Source of the DNA: Eledone cirrhosa
Lineage: Eukaryota
Direction: 5' to 3'
Assembly (NCBI GenBank): GCA_964016885.1
Contig: OZ024762.1
Span: forward strand, 18,228,001-18,292,000
Length of the DNA stretch: 64,000 bases
The stretch's first letter is position 1, and every line of letters begins with the position of its first letter. The notes under the pieces are model-generated. The model had not been told where the DNA came from, searched no databases, and saw only the letters and a program-made list of their open reading frames with translations. Below are positions 51,907-62,865 of this stretch, one piece after another. The translations under genes were made by a program, and so were the position numbers.

Positions 51907-54900
51907 ATGATGGTGATGATGGTGATGATGATGGTGATGATGATGATGACAATGTTGATGTCAATGATGATGATTATGATAAAAATGGTGGCAACAACTA
52001 TGATGATGATGATGACATAATGATGATGTAGATCAAAGGTTCTCAACAGGGGGGCATATGCACCCCCAGGGGGCGTTTCGGGCATCCAGGGGGGCGTTTG
52101 GGAGCAAGGGGGCATTAGGAGGGGGGCGTTTGGAGCTTTGGAGTGCACTGGAAGGCTCTTTACTTTGGTAAGTTTTATAAGCCATATTTGTATGTCTTTG
52201 AGACAGCCAGTGTGAATGCATTTGAATGAGCATGCAGACAGCATAACTATGGTCTGACCGCAGCTGTGCAGGCGTGTCTAGACATTAACCGGCAATTAAG
52301 ATCCTAACAATGGAAAAACCCACAGTCAACTGGGTCAAGGACACTTCAATCGCAGCCAGTTAGAATCTTGTCTTTCCTTCACCGATAACAATGTATTTCA
52401 TGTCTGAAATTATTGACTCAACCGTACCGAGTTAACACTATGTAGATCTATTTTATTTTCTATTGTTTAAATAATATTACAAATAAAAAAAAAAGAAAAA
52501 AAAACACAGAAGCGGGTAGCACACACATCTAGGACCACATACAACACATAATCAGATAATACACACATCTAGGACCACATACAACACATAATCAGATAAT
52601 ACACACATCTAGGGCCACATACAACACATAAGCAGGTAATACACACATCTAGGACCACATACAACACATAAGCAGGTAATACACATATCTAGGACTACAT
52701 GCAACACATAAGGAGGTAGCACACACATCTAGGACCACATACAACACACAGGCAAGTAATACATACATTTAGGACCACATACAACACATAAGCAGGTAAT
52801 ACAAACATCTAGGACCAAATACAACACACATTGTATCATGTGCTACGGACGACGCTAGAGCAATGGTCAGCCAACATAAGGGTTTCGTCACTCATCTGAA
52901 GAGAGAAAATCTATCTGTATTTGTTGTTCATTGTGTCATTCATCAACAACACTTGGTTGTGAAGAAACTCAGCAAGCCACTGAGCAAGTCCTTGCAGGTG
53001 GCCCTTGATGTCATCAATTTTATCAAACGGCATTCCCTCAATGAACGAATTTTCCGGCAACTGTGCCAAGATAATGACGAAAAATTCGTCAAGTTGCTCC
53101 TTCATCATGAAGTGAGGTGGCTTTCAAAGGGCAAGTGCCTTACTCACTTCTTTGAACTGTTTGACTCTATCATTGAGTTTCTGCGAGGACACAACACAGA
53201 ACTGTACAAGAAAACCCTCGATGTGAGGCAAAACTGCGCCTACCTCACCGACATCGTCGACAAATGCAATAGCATCATTTTGGCTTTGCAGGGGAAGATC
53301 ACCTTGCTTAAAGCAAGGAATGCTGTGAAAACATTCCTGGCCAAATTGAATGTCATCGAAAGGAATCTTGGTTGAGGGGAATTCTATAATTTTCCTAGTG
53401 TCGCCAATGTTCAAAACATTGTAAGCGATGACCAACTCCAAATTTATACCGCTCACCTCCGTGCGCTACAAGACAACATGAGAGAATGGTTTGTCGACCT
53501 TTTGCCGATGGACATTCCAATGTGGGTAGCAGATCCCTTCACAGCTAACGTCGATGATTTGGACGTTATATTTCAGGAAGAATTCATTGAACTTCAAGCA
53601 GATCACATGATCAAAATTAGATTTCCCAAAATAGGTGAACCCCTTTTTTGGATGCAAGAGGAAATTCAGCGTCGATTTCCACACCTACATGCAGAGGCTA
53701 AGAGATTTGCTCTGCCTTTTCCAAGCTCATACTTAGTCAAGAGGAGGTTTGGTGCTGTTTCCAGACTGCACAGTAAGGCTCGCAACCGCTACAATGTAAT
53801 TACATGTGGAGATCTCCGGCTACATCTTACGAAAAATCCAGCCTGACGTCAAAGAGTTAGCTAGACTCCATAAAGTTCAAGGGTCCCATTGAAATGAGGT
53901 CAAAGTTAAAGTAAGTTGATTTATCCGAAAACTTAGATATGCTATTGTTACAAAGCAAACTAACAATTTTTTATATTTGTAGTCGCAGTCTGACTGGACT
54001 GGAAACCATCTACTACAATTCACTTACTCATTTGTTGTATATATTTTACCATTTACTAATAAATATACCCTCTCGCGTGGTCATGAAAACCCTCTTCCGT
54101 GGTCTCTAGGCTCACAAAGCAGAGGGGACATCAAGTTAGATATCAACATTTATTCTGTCTGTTTCATTAAAGGGAAAATTGGAAAGCTTTGAAATGATAT
54201 AATTGCCACTTTCTTCCAGATAAGAGCACTCTTTGGATAGACAGAGTTACTCTTGTATAAATGTTCAAAATAGTTGGTATCGCCTGGTGGGAATATAACA
54301 AATTCAACTGGTCCTTATTCATAAAAAAGAACATTTATGTTCCTTTTTTGAAATTTATATATTTCCTTTCAAGGAATGTATTTATACTCTCAGCTGCCTG
54401 CAATGGTATCTTTGGAATATTGTTAATCAATTTTTTTAGTAATCTACAGATATCAAAATCAGTAGTATATTGAAAAATGGAAAAATAGGGTAGGGGGGCG
54501 TTTCGTGATTTCAAGGGACAAAAGGGGGCGTTTGGCCTAAATGGGTTGAGAACCTGTGATGTAGATGATGTCTACAATGATGACAAATATAATGACAATG
54601 ATGATGGTGATGATGAGGTGTCGGTGATGGTGATGATGATGACAATGATAATGAAGTTGATGATGACAATGATGATGTAGATGATGATGACGTCCCCCAC
54701 CACAATCACCAACACTGTCCACTTACCATTTCTTTCAGACAATCATTAAATTGAAGTTTTGGTCTTTTTCTCTTCCCAGTCAGGCCTTTATATACTGGCT
54801 TGTACTTGATAATTCTGTCTGGCTGGAAAAGAAATAACAGGAATGTTCTAGAAATTGTCCAGCAATGAATTTACAGAATTTAAATTTCTAGAAGTTTCGC

Positions 54901-56498
54901 AATAAATTTACAGAATTTAAATTTCTAGAAGTTTCGCAATAAATTTACAGAATTTAAATTTCTAGAAGTTTCGCAATAAATTTACAGAATTTAAAGTTCT
55001 AGAAGTCTGGCAACAAATTTATAGAATTTAAAGTTCTGGAAGTCTGGCAATCAATTGACAGAATTTAAAGTTCTAGAAATTGTCTGGTAAGAAATTTACA
55101 GGATTTAAAGTTTTAGAAGTTATCGGGTAAGGAATTTACAGGATTTAAAGTTCTAGAAGCTCTCTGGTACATAATTTAAAGTTTTAGAAGTTGTTTGGTA
55201 AGGAATTTACAGAATTTAAAGTTCTAGTAGTTGTCTGGCAATGAATTTACAGAAATTAATTGTCTTTTGCACAAAATATATGAAAATACACCAATTTTTT
55301 GGCAAAATATAGGGGGCTGACATTTACATGAAATACATAGAAATACCTCAATTATTGGATAAGAAATATGAGTTTGGCTTTTACATAATTTACATAAAAC
55401 ATCCCAATTTTGGGGCTAGAAAATAAGAGTTTGGCTTTTACATAAGATACATAGAAATACCCCAATTTTAGGGCAGAAAATAGGGGTTGGTGTTTACATC
55501 AGATCATAGAAAACCCCAATTTTGGGGCAGGAAACTACGAGCTGACTTTTACATGAAAATATCTCAATTTTTCGTCAGAAATTAGGGGGTAACTTTTATA
55601 TGGGATTGACCTCTGCATGAGTATATGAGGGCCAGCTGAAAAGTTCATAGGCTAACTATAAAGGAGTGATGCTAGGACTGTGACATCTTGCATGCATTAA
55701 TTTCAACTCTTCTTATTAATAACTGTATTGTTTCTTTCCAGGGACTATGTTGAAAAATAAACCTCATTTGGTCATTCCAGGAGAGTATCTTGGTCAGTCC
55801 ATGAACCTTTCAGCTGACACTCATATATTAGTTTGTATAGAAAGAAAACACTTACAGGAAATCTTTGATTTATTTTGTCACATGTTTCAGAGGCTAAAGC
55901 GTTAGATTTGCTCATTTTCTGAGGAAATGCACATTTTTCTTCTTGAGGTAAAGATTCTAAGAAGTTATCAGAACGGTAAAGGAACAAAGCTGAAAGAAAG
56001 AAAGAAAGAAAGATTGATAGAACAAAATAAACATAAGCTTAGCCAATCAGGGAGTTTGTAAGGAACAGAGCTGGTGATACCTTTAGGCCAATGAGAAGAT
56101 TGCTTGCTTAAGGTACAGACCTCAGAGGGATATGTCAGAGGATTTTAAGACCTACTGGATTATATAGTGGATGGAAAGACATAATACAAGAGGGAGAGAA
56201 AGAGAGAGAGAGAGAGAGAGAGATGTAGGGAAAGAGAGTGAGAGAGAGAGAGAGATGTAGGGAAAGAGAGAGAGAGAGATATGTAGTGAATTTCCAAGGT
56301 TAGCAGAGGTATACAAAATTAGGTTAAATTGACAGCATTTCCATTTGTCAAATGCATGGGTTTCACAGGGGAATTGTTATTTCCTCAACTTGTCAATCTG
56401 ACATCTTTGTTATTAGGGGTCAAAATCTATGATGTTGAACTGACAAGTTGCAGGAATAACAATTTACATGAGTAACGTGCAGATTTGATGTATGTACT

Positions 56499-56573
<75 letters not shown>

Positions 56574-56875
56574 ATGTGTAAGTCAATAGATTAAAATTAA
56601 TTTTGTTTATTCATATTCGCTGTCATATATATTTCGGTGATAATCATTATGCAAAAGCTATGACCTCATCAGACAAAAACATAATGATGGAATAAGGCTT
56701 ACTTCTGTTATTTCGATTTTTTTATATGCTCAGTGCTGAAATTTGGTGTTGTTTTCTCAAAGCACCAGTTGCATATTTTAAATATACTCCGGAGTAAACA
56801 GACTCGCCTGCGCACTTCGTCGAGTGCTCTACTCTGCAAACTGAAGTGTTGGTAATTAACCAACACTTACTCAAA

Positions 56876-56915
<40 letters not shown>

Positions 56916-57522
56916 ACATATGAGGTTATAGTGTAATACTTCACTATTTACACAGGTAAGAAGAGATAAGCTTGATGTACTTTACAGCCCTGTGATCTTC
57001 AGGAGCAAAAAGAAAACTGGATGAATAAAGGGCAGTTCTGGTAGCAGAGTATTTACAATTCAAAATTTAAGAAAACCAAGGTTACTATTACGATTATATT
57101 TATACATCTCTACAGACGTTTCAATGCGGCTAGAGTATCACATCTATTTGTGGAGAGAACTGGACATGTATAAATAAATAATACTATCCTTGGTTTTCTT
57201 AAATTTTGTATACTAGAATATTTTCAATATCCTGATGTGTATGTGTGTATATGTGTGTGCATGTGTGTATGTGTGTATGTGCATATGCATACATGTATAT
57301 TTATGAGTACATAAATATACATGCGCAAACACAGACACAAACATACACATACGCTTACACAAACACACACATACGCTCACACAAACACACACACAGCATA
57401 GCAAATGAAACGCCAGCCGCTGTTTTGCTAGAGTTTTTTCACCATCCCCTTCGTTCCTTTTACACGCAAACATTCACACCACACACACACACACACACAC
57501 ACATTGGGTGACGGACGAAATT

Positions 57523-57585
<63 letters not shown>

Positions 57586-57681
57586 ATCATCATCATTTAA
57601 CGACTATCTTCCACGCTAGCATCGATTAGACGGGAATTGTCCCACTTGAGGCAAGATTGATCGGGTGACCGTGTCTCACTC

Positions 57682-57718
<37 letters not shown>

Positions 57719-58070
57719 CCTGTTATTTTTATCTAAAGACATTTTTTCCAATTCCAACCTACCCGTCCCCTTAATCTATTTTATTTCTCATTCTTTCTTC
57801 TGATGAAGGACTAGTGTCCGAAACGTTAAGACCCTCTTCCTGCTATTTCAAGCATTAACCTAATATATACCTTCCATATACTGTACCGATTGTGTTGTTA
57901 TTTCTGTTTACCTTTTACATATATATATATAACGAAGGAGTTGTGGTAGGGAACCAGATGGACCATAACGCACCAGAGTACTCAATACTTAGGGTAGTAG
58001 AGTGGGTAATGGGAAAATGTATGACCCCCAATGGCTTGAGCTCTGCTGTCGGGGTCATACATTTTCCCAT

Positions 58071-58106
<36 letters not shown>

Positions 58107-59944
58107 AAGAGAGATAGAGAGAGAGAGAGAGCAAGAGAGATAGAGAGAGAGAGAGCAAGAGAGAGAGAGAGCAAGAGAGATAGAGAGAGATAGCAAGAGA
58201 GAGAGAGAGAGAGAGATAGAGAGAGAGAGATAGAGAGACAGAGAGAGAGACAAAGAGAGACAGAAAGAGAGACAAAGAGAGACAGAGAGAGAGAGAGAGA
58301 TAGAGAGACATAGAGAGACATAGAGAGAGACAGAGAGAGAGATAGAGACAAAGAGAGAGACAGAGATAGAGAGAGAGAGAGTGTAACAAAGTAATACTGA
58401 CAGTTGAGGTTGTCTTCGCGATATGCTCCATACATAAGCTCCAGGTCGAGAGAAGTTAGGCCGTAGGTTTTGAGGTAAACATCAATAAACTGGTGGTGGT
58501 AGTCTCCCCAGGTAGGTACCCAGCCTAGGGTTTCACTGTAGGTGGAGGGGGTAGAGAAGTTTGTCATTGAGGTTATAGTGACATAGTGAGGTGGGTAGCA
58601 ACATAGATATACAGCACATATTTACACATACATACAGGCTCACTCACACACACACACAGGCTCACCGACACACACAGGCTCACTCACGCACACACCGCTA
58701 CACATACACACAGGCTCACTCACACACACACCGCTACACATACACACAGGCTCATTCACACACCGCTACACATACACAGGCTCACTCACACCGCTACACA
58801 TACACACAGGCTCACTCACACACACACCGCTACACATACACACAGGCTCACTCACACACACACCGCTACACATACACACAGGCACACTCACACACTGCTA
58901 TACATACATACAGGCTCACACACACACACACACACTGCTACACATACACACAGGCACAGAGACCCCCCCCCCCACACACACACAGACGTACTTGCAAAAC
59001 AACACATTTACACACACACACACACACACCCATACACATACATACACACATCCAGACAAACTACATGCACACAGAAAACTACACACCAAACACACATGCA
59101 TGCCTTCACGCACATGCCAACACACACACACACACCTACACATACCCCTAGATAGACAGCATACACACAGAAAACTACATACCCATACATGTCTACACAC
59201 ACACACTTATATACACACATTCATGCAAACACACAAACACACACACCTACACACACTCCGAGACAGACTACATACACAAGGAAAAACTACACACCTATAC
59301 ATTCACACACACACACCCACTTAAATACAGACACACATCAATACACTTACATATACACGCCAACACACACCTACACACACATGCCAACACACTCACACCT
59401 ACACACACACACATATCAACACACCTACACATACACATCAACACACCTACACATACACATCAACACACCTACACACACACGCCAACACTCACACCTACAC
59501 ACACACACACCTACACACACAACACACCTACACACCTACACATACACACCAACACACACCCAGATAGAAAAACTACATCCACACACACACACACATTCAC
59601 ACACACACTTATATACACACAGGCACGCTAAACACATGCAAACACAGGCATCCACCTAAACAGATACTTACCAAGTGATGACATACCTACACACACCCAG
59701 ACAGACAGACAGACAGCCAGAGAGATAGATAGACAGATTGACAGACAGCCAGAGAGATAGATAGACAGATTGACAGACAGACAGACAGCTCTGACTTACC
59801 TGGTGAAGTTGAGAAATATTGGCATGACATTGTTGTAATAACAATCCTCAATTTTAGATTGTGTTGTCTTTAAGTCTGTAAAATCTCGCTTTTCTGCATG
59901 TTTACTACCCTGTTAGAGGAGGTAATGGAGATATATGAGAGAGG

Positions 59945-60032
<88 letters not shown>

Positions 60033-60080
60033 AGAGAGGAAGAGAGAGAGAGGAAGAGAGAGAGGAAGAGAGAGAGAGGA

Positions 60081-60136
<56 letters not shown>

Positions 60137-61323
60137 ATCTTATACATATCACTAACGGGTCTCCGATAAAATATCATTCTTTAGGGATATATAAAATCTC
60201 AAGCAACTTAAATATAAAGAGCTTGACCAAACTCCATGACCACAAAAACAGTTTATGAATTGCTTGAGATGGTCATCATTATCAGATAAAATTCTTAGAC
60301 TATTTGTGCAGTTTCTGAATCAGAGAATAAGTCAAACCAATCAATAAATCAATATGATCATCATTACCAGAATCTGATTCTTCTTTGGAGGGAATTTTCT
60401 GTTTTAGTATAAGAAAAAAATATGCCTGTTAAAAAAAGATTTTATTCCTCAACCATCCAACATTGTGCACTCAAAATTAAGTAATAATATGAACGCACGC
60501 ATGCGTGAACGAATACAAGTATATATTTGTATAAATGGACAAAAAAACAGGCCTAAAATGCCGTTAGAAATAGCAGTCAATACAGTCATCTTATCAGCTC
60601 AATAGTAAATTAGCAGCAGTATTATTAATTATACACAATTAAAATTCGTCATGAATATACATAACATCTAGCAGCATTCTCAAAGTTCTTTCATCACACA
60701 TTTCTGTGACATCTTCAGTTACTTTCTCTGTGTTTCCTCCCATTGTGTTTCTATTTGCTGCTGTTTGCGCAAGCATTTGTGTGTTATAACCTCTTTCCGG
60801 AAGTTGCAAAAGAGGGTTCTAGACTTTCAACGGGAAGTAACTCTAACTACTTCCCTGTCTAGAAATCGCTACACATGTATTCTGTTTGGTGTGTGTTCGC
60901 ATGTTTGTGTCTTTCGTTAGAAATATGCTAATAAAAGGGTTAAGATACTCACCCATTTGATATGATAAACCTCGAGTTTTATATTGTTAATATTAGACCA
61001 TGTCTCCAGTTCTGGTTGAATCTAAAGTGTAAAGAGGATATAAGTTACAGAAATGGCTGCGAGAAAAAAATGTAGAAGGGTAGTTAGTAGTAAGAGAACC
61101 AGTGAAGTAAACCTTTTTCTAATCCTAATAAAGCTCCATAGAAATAGTTGTTTCCTAGCTGACCGAATTAGCAGTGGAGGAATTTGCTCTGAAATTATGC
61201 ATACATGGTCCCATAACTCCTGTGGGTGTCGTAGAGGTGCTGTATTGACAAACAGCATTTCTAAACCTGGCGGAGCCCTTCTCCTCTCCAGGTCTGAATA
61301 CAGCAGGTTTCTTCCAGAGAAGG

Positions 61324-61395
<72 letters not shown>

Positions 61396-62063
61396 TAAGA
61401 AAGAGATATAGAGGAAGAATCAACCCCAGTACTAGACTGAAAATATAGTAGCTAGAATAAGAACAGGATGGAAAAAAGTTCTGGGAGCTACTAGCTACTA
61501 TCTCTGTTGACAACAAAAGGTTTCTCACATCAAAAGGAAGGCTCGTTGTATGATGTCTGCATGCAAAGTGCAATGTTGCATGGCGGTGAAACATGGGTAG
61601 TAAATTCAGAGGATATATGGAGGCTGGAGAGAAATGAAATGAAATGAAATGAGTATGCTTCGATGGATGTGTGATGAGAGTAAAGCTGAATATAAGAGGA
61701 ATCAAATGTAGTGTGCGAAAGAGAAGACTGCACTGGTATGGACATGTGATGCATATGGATGATGATTGTACAGTGAAGAAGTGCCAGGAGGTACCAGTGG
61801 AAGGAAGCTGCAGTAGAGAAAAGCCAAGGAAGACCTGGGCAGAACCTGATAGGGGAGATGACAAAGGAATACAGAAGGTGGAGGAAAAGACCCATCCAAC
61901 TCATTGCATGGAAAAGCAAAAGTAAAACGGATGGTGGTGGTGATGGTGATGGTGGTGGTGGTGGTGATGGTGATGGTGGTGATGATGGTGGTGATGATGA
62001 TGGTGGTGGTGATGATGGTGGTGATGATGATGGTGGTGATGATGATGGTGGTGATGATGGTGA

Positions 62064-62095
<32 letters not shown>

Positions 62096-62865
62096 ATGGT
62101 GGTGATGATGATGATGGTGGTGATGATGGTGATGATGATGGTGGTGACGACGACGACGATGATGGTGGTGATGATGATGGTGATGATGGTGGTGATGGTG
62201 GTGATGGTGGTGATGATGGTGGTGATGGTGGTGATGATTATGGTGGTGGTGATTATGGTGATGATATGGTGGTGGTGGTGGTGAGATAGTGGTAGTGATG
62301 ATGCTGATGGTGATGATGGTAGTGATGATGATGATGATGGTGATGATGTCAGTGATGGTAGTGATGGTGGTGGTGGTGATGACGGTTGTAGGTGGTGGTG
62401 ATGATGATGATGATGATGGTGATGATGATGGTAGTGATGGTGGTGATGGTGATGACGGTTGTAGGTGGTGATGATGATAATGATGATGATGATGATGATG
62501 ATGGTGATGGCGATGAAGGGCAACAAGACATCTGGACAAAAACAGCTGGCGGGGGTTTAAGGGCAGTAATGACGGTGAAATAAAGGTAGGTAGGCGTTAA
62601 GAGAGTTAGAAGGCCACAAGACTTCACGAAAATTAGACTTAGACGAAAAGACAAAACCGAACTTACCTCTTTCCGTAGTAATTCTCTTTCCGAAAAGAAA
62701 TCTTCAGCGTAGGTTGTAATAAATAATTTAACACGGGTCGAATCTTCAGAGTGATCTCGTGAAGATAGGGCACACGCCATTATATGTTCATGGGTGTTGG
62801 TCAAAGATGTCTAATAGAAGAGATCCAGATTGGTGGAACTGTGACAACATTCTTCACCATATTTT
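29228..62865 (-). CDS. Multi-exon DUF4062-like + NACHT/STAND NTPase + TPR protein (TEP1/TTC41/NPHP3-like), ~1270 aa in window, 5' end uncertain
   Basis: Phase-consistent exons: 62865(or 62810)-62667, 61021-60953, 59909-59800, 58535-58402, 55989-55856, 54822-54727, 51028-50873, 49576-49443, 48014-47903, 47461-47351, 46314-46141, 44730-44537, 43017-42848, 41954-41783, 40727-40616, 38926-38798, 38673-38555, 36391-36259, 34841-34725, 34015-33872, 32617-32537, 30286-29228. Walker A GGAGSGKS, Walker [16 protein letters not shown] motif, TPRs. Confidence 0.88.
30357..31977. repeat. 1.6-kb hexamer microsatellite (GTCTGT/GTCTAT)n
   Basis: Uninterrupted two-variant hexamer array; accounts for the HR/CL/SV/VY pseudo-ORFs. 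Confidence 0.97.
32537..32617 (-). CDS. STAND gene exon ([27 protein letters not shown])
   Basis: tgcag acceptor, gtaagt donor, 81 bp, phase 0. Confidence 0.8.
32757..32963. mobile_element. Intact piggyBac-type MITE (~207 bp)
   Basis: TTAA|CCCTTTAGCATT...AATGCCAAAGGG|TTAA. Further copies at 39755-40469, 50489-50691 and ~63160-63570. Confidence 0.8.
33872..34015 (-). CDS. STAND gene exon ([22 protein letters not shown]...IKIFQE)
   Basis: ttcag acceptor, gtatgt donor, 144 bp. Confidence 0.82.
34725..34841 (-). CDS. STAND gene exon ([39 protein letters not shown])
   Basis: ccag acceptor, gtaaat donor, 117 bp, TPR-like. Confidence 0.8.
35777..35823 (-). ncRNA. Type I hammerhead ribozyme motif
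   Basis: Minus strand: actgta CTGATGA a gggt aatc accc a GAAA ca ttag tg TC tgcggt. Stems I (with G-U pairs), II and III all pair. Confidence 0.6.
36259..36391 (-). CDS. STAND gene exon ([44 protein letters not shown]), TPR
   Basis: ccag acceptor, gtttgt donor; TPR consensus. Confidence 0.85.
37088..37435 (-). mobile_element. tRNA-headed SINE with RTE-LINE-derived tail (copies at 51190-51532, 42477-42723, 14040-14290)
   Basis: Minus-strand head tggttagagcattgg...GAGTTCAATTCTC, central ccttgagcaagacactt, and a tail nearly identical to the LINE 3' UTR at 11110-11258. Confidence 0.8.
38555..38673 (-). CDS. STAND gene exon ([39 protein letters not shown])
   Basis: tcag acceptor, gtaagt donor. 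Confidence 0.8.
38798..38926 (-). CDS. STAND gene exon ([43 protein letters not shown])
   Basis: E.PYQL...L.D...F..L...W pattern typical of the post-NACHT helical domain; caag acceptor, gtaggg donor. Confidence 0.85.
39755..40469. mobile_element. piggyBac-type MITE expanded by ~8 tandem copies of an internal 72-bp unit
   Basis: TTAA flanks at 39751-39754 and 40470-40473; gaggtaaagc recurs every ~72 bp from 39901 to 40408. Confidence 0.8.
40616..40727 (-). CDS. STAND gene exon ([37 protein letters not shown])
   Basis: H..LADFF motif; ttcag acceptor, gtaagg donor. Confidence 0.85.
41783..41954 (-). CDS. STAND gene exon (...[41 protein letters not shown])
   Basis: Winged-helix F.H..V..AV motif; gcag acceptor, gtaagt donor. 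Confidence 0.85.
42031..42397. repeat. Long inverted repeat (~135-bp arms, ~96-bp spacer)
   Basis: 42031-42165 is the near-perfect reverse complement of 42262-42397. Confidence 0.92.
42848..43017 (-). CDS. STAND gene exon ([10 protein letters not shown]...[11 protein letters not shown]...)
   Basis: VL.RLE and GL.E.EL motifs; ccag acceptor, gtcaga donor. Confidence 0.85.
44537..44730 (-). CDS. STAND gene exon (DMARDLLQ...[14 protein letters not shown]...DLPNGLL)
   Basis: NPLWL (GxP-equivalent) motif; acag acceptor, gtaagt donor. Confidence 0.87.
44760..45590 (-). mobile_element. RTE LINE 3' fragment with seven tandem 80-bp copies of coding sequence
   Basis: [28 protein letters not shown]...GRGRPRKTW; catgtccata recurs every 80 bp from 45021 to 45501. 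Confidence 0.85.
46141..46314 (-). CDS. STAND gene exon ([27 protein letters not shown]...PLDVESRK)
   Basis: L.WLP..L...V..I.S motif following Walker B; gcag acceptor, gtatcg donor. Confidence 0.87.
46363..47070 (+). mobile_element. 5'-truncated RTE LINE
   Basis: [15 protein letters not shown]...[13 protein letters not shown]...GRPRKSW plus 3' UTR and (GAT)n tail; 5' end lies in (TA)n. Confidence 0.88.
47351..47461 (-). CDS. STAND gene exon with Walker B ([11 protein letters not shown])
   Basis: ccag acceptor, gtaact donor, 111 bp. Confidence 0.88.
47903..48014 (-). CDS. STAND gene exon ([28 protein letters not shown])
   Basis: HFVGA.P.S motif of TEP1-like NACHT domains; gtaagt donor. Confidence 0.88.
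48817..49410. mobile_element. Two mariner-type MITEs (48817-49005, 49203-49410); third copy at 55625-55825
   Basis: TA-flanked GAGGG..GCTGAAAAGTTCATAGGCTGAC termini with inverted counterparts and a shared internal sequence. Confidence 0.65.
49443..49576 (-). CDS. STAND gene exon with Walker A ([16 protein letters not shown])
   Basis: GxxGxGKS P-loop; ccag acceptor, gtaagc donor. Confidence 0.9.
50873..51028 (-). CDS. STAND gene exon ([13 protein letters not shown]...[21 protein letters not shown])
   Basis: Pre-P-loop H..F......GR motif; ttcag acceptor, gtaaga donor, 156 bp. Confidence 0.85.
52521..52830. repeat. 40-bp minisatellite x8 inside the hAT element
   Basis: acacacatctaggaccacatacaacacataa(t/g)cag(a/g)taat units. 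Confidence 0.9.
52831..53892 (+). pseudogene. Disrupted hAT transposase C-terminal part (ZBED5/FAM200/SCAND3-like)
   Basis: [47 protein letters not shown] motifs; premature stop at ~53375 and frameshift near 53845; N-terminus absent. Confidence 0.85.
54727..54822 (-). CDS. STAND gene exon ([32 protein letters not shown])
   Basis: ccag acceptor, gtaagt donor, 96 bp, phase 0. Confidence 0.78.
54860..55260. repeat. ~37-39-bp degenerate minisatellite
   Basis: aaatttacagaatttaaa(t/g)ttctagaagt units. Confidence 0.85.
55856..55989 (-). CDS. STAND gene exon ([18 protein letters not shown]...NQRFP)
   Basis: ttcag acceptor, gtaagt donor; F.YR pattern typical after DUF4062. Confidence 0.82.
57796..57831 (+). 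ncRNA. Minimal type I hammerhead motif (Penelope-type)
   Basis: tctt CTGATGA a ggac tagt gtcc GAAA cg TT aaga; palindromic ACGT in place of stem III. Confidence 0.55.
58402..58535 (-). CDS. STAND gene exon ([12 protein letters not shown]...[20 protein letters not shown])
   Basis: DUF4062-like YGW.P...S.TE.E..YG pattern; tacag acceptor, gtcagt donor. Confidence 0.85.
58590..59790. repeat. CA-rich complex mini/microsatellite
   Basis: cacacaggctcactca and cacacctaca units, then (GACA)n. Confidence 0.9.
59800..59909 (-). CDS. STAND gene exon ([36 protein letters not shown])
   Basis: aacag acceptor, gtaagt donor; phase continuity. Confidence 0.8.
60953..61021 (-). CDS. STAND gene exon ([23 protein letters not shown])
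   Basis: Matches the DUF4062 pattern V.P.L..WC......L..DLRW; ttag acceptor, gtgagt donor. Confidence 0.8.
61135..61930 (+). mobile_element. Old degraded RTE LINE 3' fragment
   Basis: [17 protein letters not shown] and [22 protein letters not shown] remnants with stops and frameshifts. Confidence 0.75.
61930..62515. repeat. (GAT/GGT)n trinucleotide array
   Basis: Direct inspection; likely the expanded LINE tail. Confidence 0.92.
62667..62865 (-). CDS. STAND gene 5'-most visible exon ([25 protein letters not shown], start of DUF4062-like domain)
   Basis: Resembles DUF4062 VRVFISSTF.D...ER..L; gtaagt donor at 62666. 5' boundary is ambiguous (in-frame TAG at 62813-62811). Confidence 0.7.

Larger units (their letters stand above)
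52034..54558 (+). mobile_element. Internally deleted hAT (Buster/Charlie-type) DNA transposon
   Basis: TIRs caaaggttctcaac and gttgagaacctgtg; 8-bp TSD atgtagat at 52026-52033 and 54559-54566. Confidence 0.9.

Noticed and set aside
61702-62583. His-, Thr/Ile- and Gly/Asp-rich ORFs (similar at 33288-33869, 38966-39217, 40704-41151, 45792-46202)
   Set aside because: Translations of intronic trinucleotide repeats.
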